From positions 3,961-67,960 of the forward strand of contig CAMYXV010000001.1 in NCBI GenBank assembly GCA_947303055.1: 64,000 nucleotides of DNA, given 5' to 3'. The notes under the pieces were generated by a model that saw nothing but the letters and a program-made list of their open reading frames with translations, searched no databases and had not been told where the DNA came from. This document shows, in pieces, positions 62,983 to 64,000 of this stretch. The first letter of the stretch is position 1. Every line of letters begins with the position of its first letter. A program made the position numbers and the translations under genes. Origin of the DNA: an uncultured Bacteroidales bacterium (GTDB taxonomy: Bacteria; Bacteroidota; Bacteroidia; Bacteroidales; F082).

Positions 62983-64000
62983 ATGTCATTGAAACGCATC
63001 CACCTCTGCCTCGCCCACATGTCGCCAACTGGCGCCGAGCAGCACTACATCCAGGAAGCGTTCAACACCAACTGGATTGCCCCGCTCGGTCCAAACGTCG
63101 ATGCTTTTGAGGAGGACTTAGAAAACTTTTTCAACTCTACACCAAAAATAGCCGCCATTTCATCCTGTACTGCCGCCATCCACATTGCACTCCTGCTTTT
63201 AGGCGTAGGCAAAGGCGACGAGGTGCTCTGTCAGTCATTCTCATTCTGCGCAAGCTCAAATCCCGTGACATATTGCGGTGCCACTCCAATCTTCGTTGAT
63301 TCAGAGGAAGATACATGGAATATGTCGCCTGAACTTCTCGAAGAAGCCATCAAAGACCGCATCGCCCAAACGGGTCGCAAACCGAAAGCAATAATTGTGG
63401 TTGACCTCTACGGTATGCCAGCCAAATGGGACGAAATAACCGCCATCAGCCAGAAATACGACATTCCCGTTATTGAAGACGCTGCCAACGCCCTTGGCTC
63501 GTATTACAAAGGCAAGCCCTGCGGCACTTTTGGCGATATCGCGACGCTTTCGTTCAACGGCAACAAGATGATAACCACTTCGGGCGGTGGAGCTATCATT
63601 TGCAAAGACGAGGCGACTAAGAAACGTGCCATTTTCCTTGCAACACAAGCCAAAGAGCCATTTTTGCATTACGAACACGAAACCATCGGCTTCAACTACC
63701 GAATGTCGAACATCTCCGCAGGCATCGGTCGCGGTCAGATGACGGTTTTGGAGGACCACATCAACCATCATAAACACGTTCACAAACTATATCGAGAATT
63801 ATTTTTGAACACTAATCTCACGAATAACACGAATATTTTTGTTCAAGATAATCCTAACGCTGATTTTGACTCCAACTTTTGGCTTACCACAATCCTTTTC
63901 AAGCAAGAACTCGACACCGAAACTTTCTGCCTTGAGCTTGATAAATCCGGCATAGAAGCGCGTCCACTCTGGAAACCAATGCATCTCCAGCCAGTTTATA
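62983..64000 (+). CDS. DegT-family PLP-dependent sugar aminotransferase, N-terminal part (3' end outside window)
   Basis: The ATG at 62983 gives MSLKRIHLCLAHMSPTGAEQHYIQEAFNTNWIAPLGPNV..., with LSFNGNKMITTSGGGAI. The frame is open to the window end. Paralogue of 45803-47092. It is not in the ORF track because it has no stop. Confidence 0.85.
   Translation, partial: MSLKRIHLCLAHMSPTGAEQHYIQEAFNTNWIAPLGPNVDAFEEDLENFFNSTPKIAAISSCTAAIHIALLLLGVGKGDEVLCQSFSFCASSNPVTYCGATPIFVDSEEDTWNMSPELLEEAIKDRIAQTGRKPKAIIVVDLYGMPAKWDEITAISQKYDIPVIEDAANALGSYYKGKPCGTFGDIATLSFNGNKMITTSGGGAIICKDEATKKRAIFLATQAKEPFLHYEHETIGFNYRMSNISAGIGRGQMTVLEDHINHHKHVHKLYRELFLNTNLTNNTNIFVQDNPNADFDSNFWLTTILFKQELDTETFCLELDKSGIEARPLWKPMHLQPVY

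Noticed and set aside
1-64000. Evidence for an integrated mobile element (integrase, transposase, conjugation genes, terminal direct repeats) explaining the accessory blocks.
   Set aside because: No recombinase or transposase motif was found in any frame of the track, and no convincing long direct or inverted repeats occur at block edges. The islands are therefore not called mobile elements.

Overview
The window looks like a Bacteroidales chromosome segment, probably Prevotella/Segatella-like. This is judged by eye from gene content, SD-poor AT-rich leaders and two TAnnTTTG promoter motifs. All domain calls were made by reading motifs in the supplied translations; no searches were run.

Layout:
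- 1-1760: 3' end of an rfbA gene, then rubrerythrin, a hypothetical gene and a Blc lipocalin.
- 1845-5618: AT-rich accessory block. It holds a small ORF, an ABC/SMC-like ATPase, a small partner, a TIR protein and a zinc-ribbon protein.
- 5619-10499: GC-rich block. It holds decayed gene fragments, an amidase, a small membrane protein, a Ser/Gly-linker surface-type protein and two unknown genes.
- 10496-15649: three-gene two-component operon. It encodes a giant soluble sensor kinase, a receiver-only protein and a receiver fused to a PNP-family nucleosidase. This matches the Detocs (DtcABC) anti-phage architecture.
- 15871-47538: very large, compositionally mosaic capsular/O-antigen polysaccharide locus. 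It carries a flippase, a polymerase, glycosyltransferases, three pyruvyl transferases, two ATP-grasp enzymes and aminotransferases. It also carries an embedded fatty-acid-synthase-like module (4 KAS III, 3 SDR, 2 ACP, 2 FabD-like, MBL hydrolase), then rfbA, a tandem FdtA gene and a WbuC gene broken by an amber codon.
- 47615-58380: AT-rich defence-type island. It holds a HEPN-like protein, a decayed helicase-associated-domain gene, and a tight four-gene operon (Septu-like ATPase + HNH nuclease + NACHT-like NTPase + TIR protein). A separate LRR-TIR protein follows.
- 58413-64000: an epimerase, a TPR + FRG pair, a small ORF plus a Clp-fold (S49/SDH-type) serine protease, and the start of another DegT aminotransferase (next polysaccharide locus).

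No rRNA, tRNA, CRISPR array, integrase or transposase was recognised.

A recurring non-genic signal is a set of short degenerate 7-9 nt periodic word arrays (TAAGCnnn, TTGAnnn, TAACCTT, TGAACCT and similar). They sit exactly at gene boundaries.
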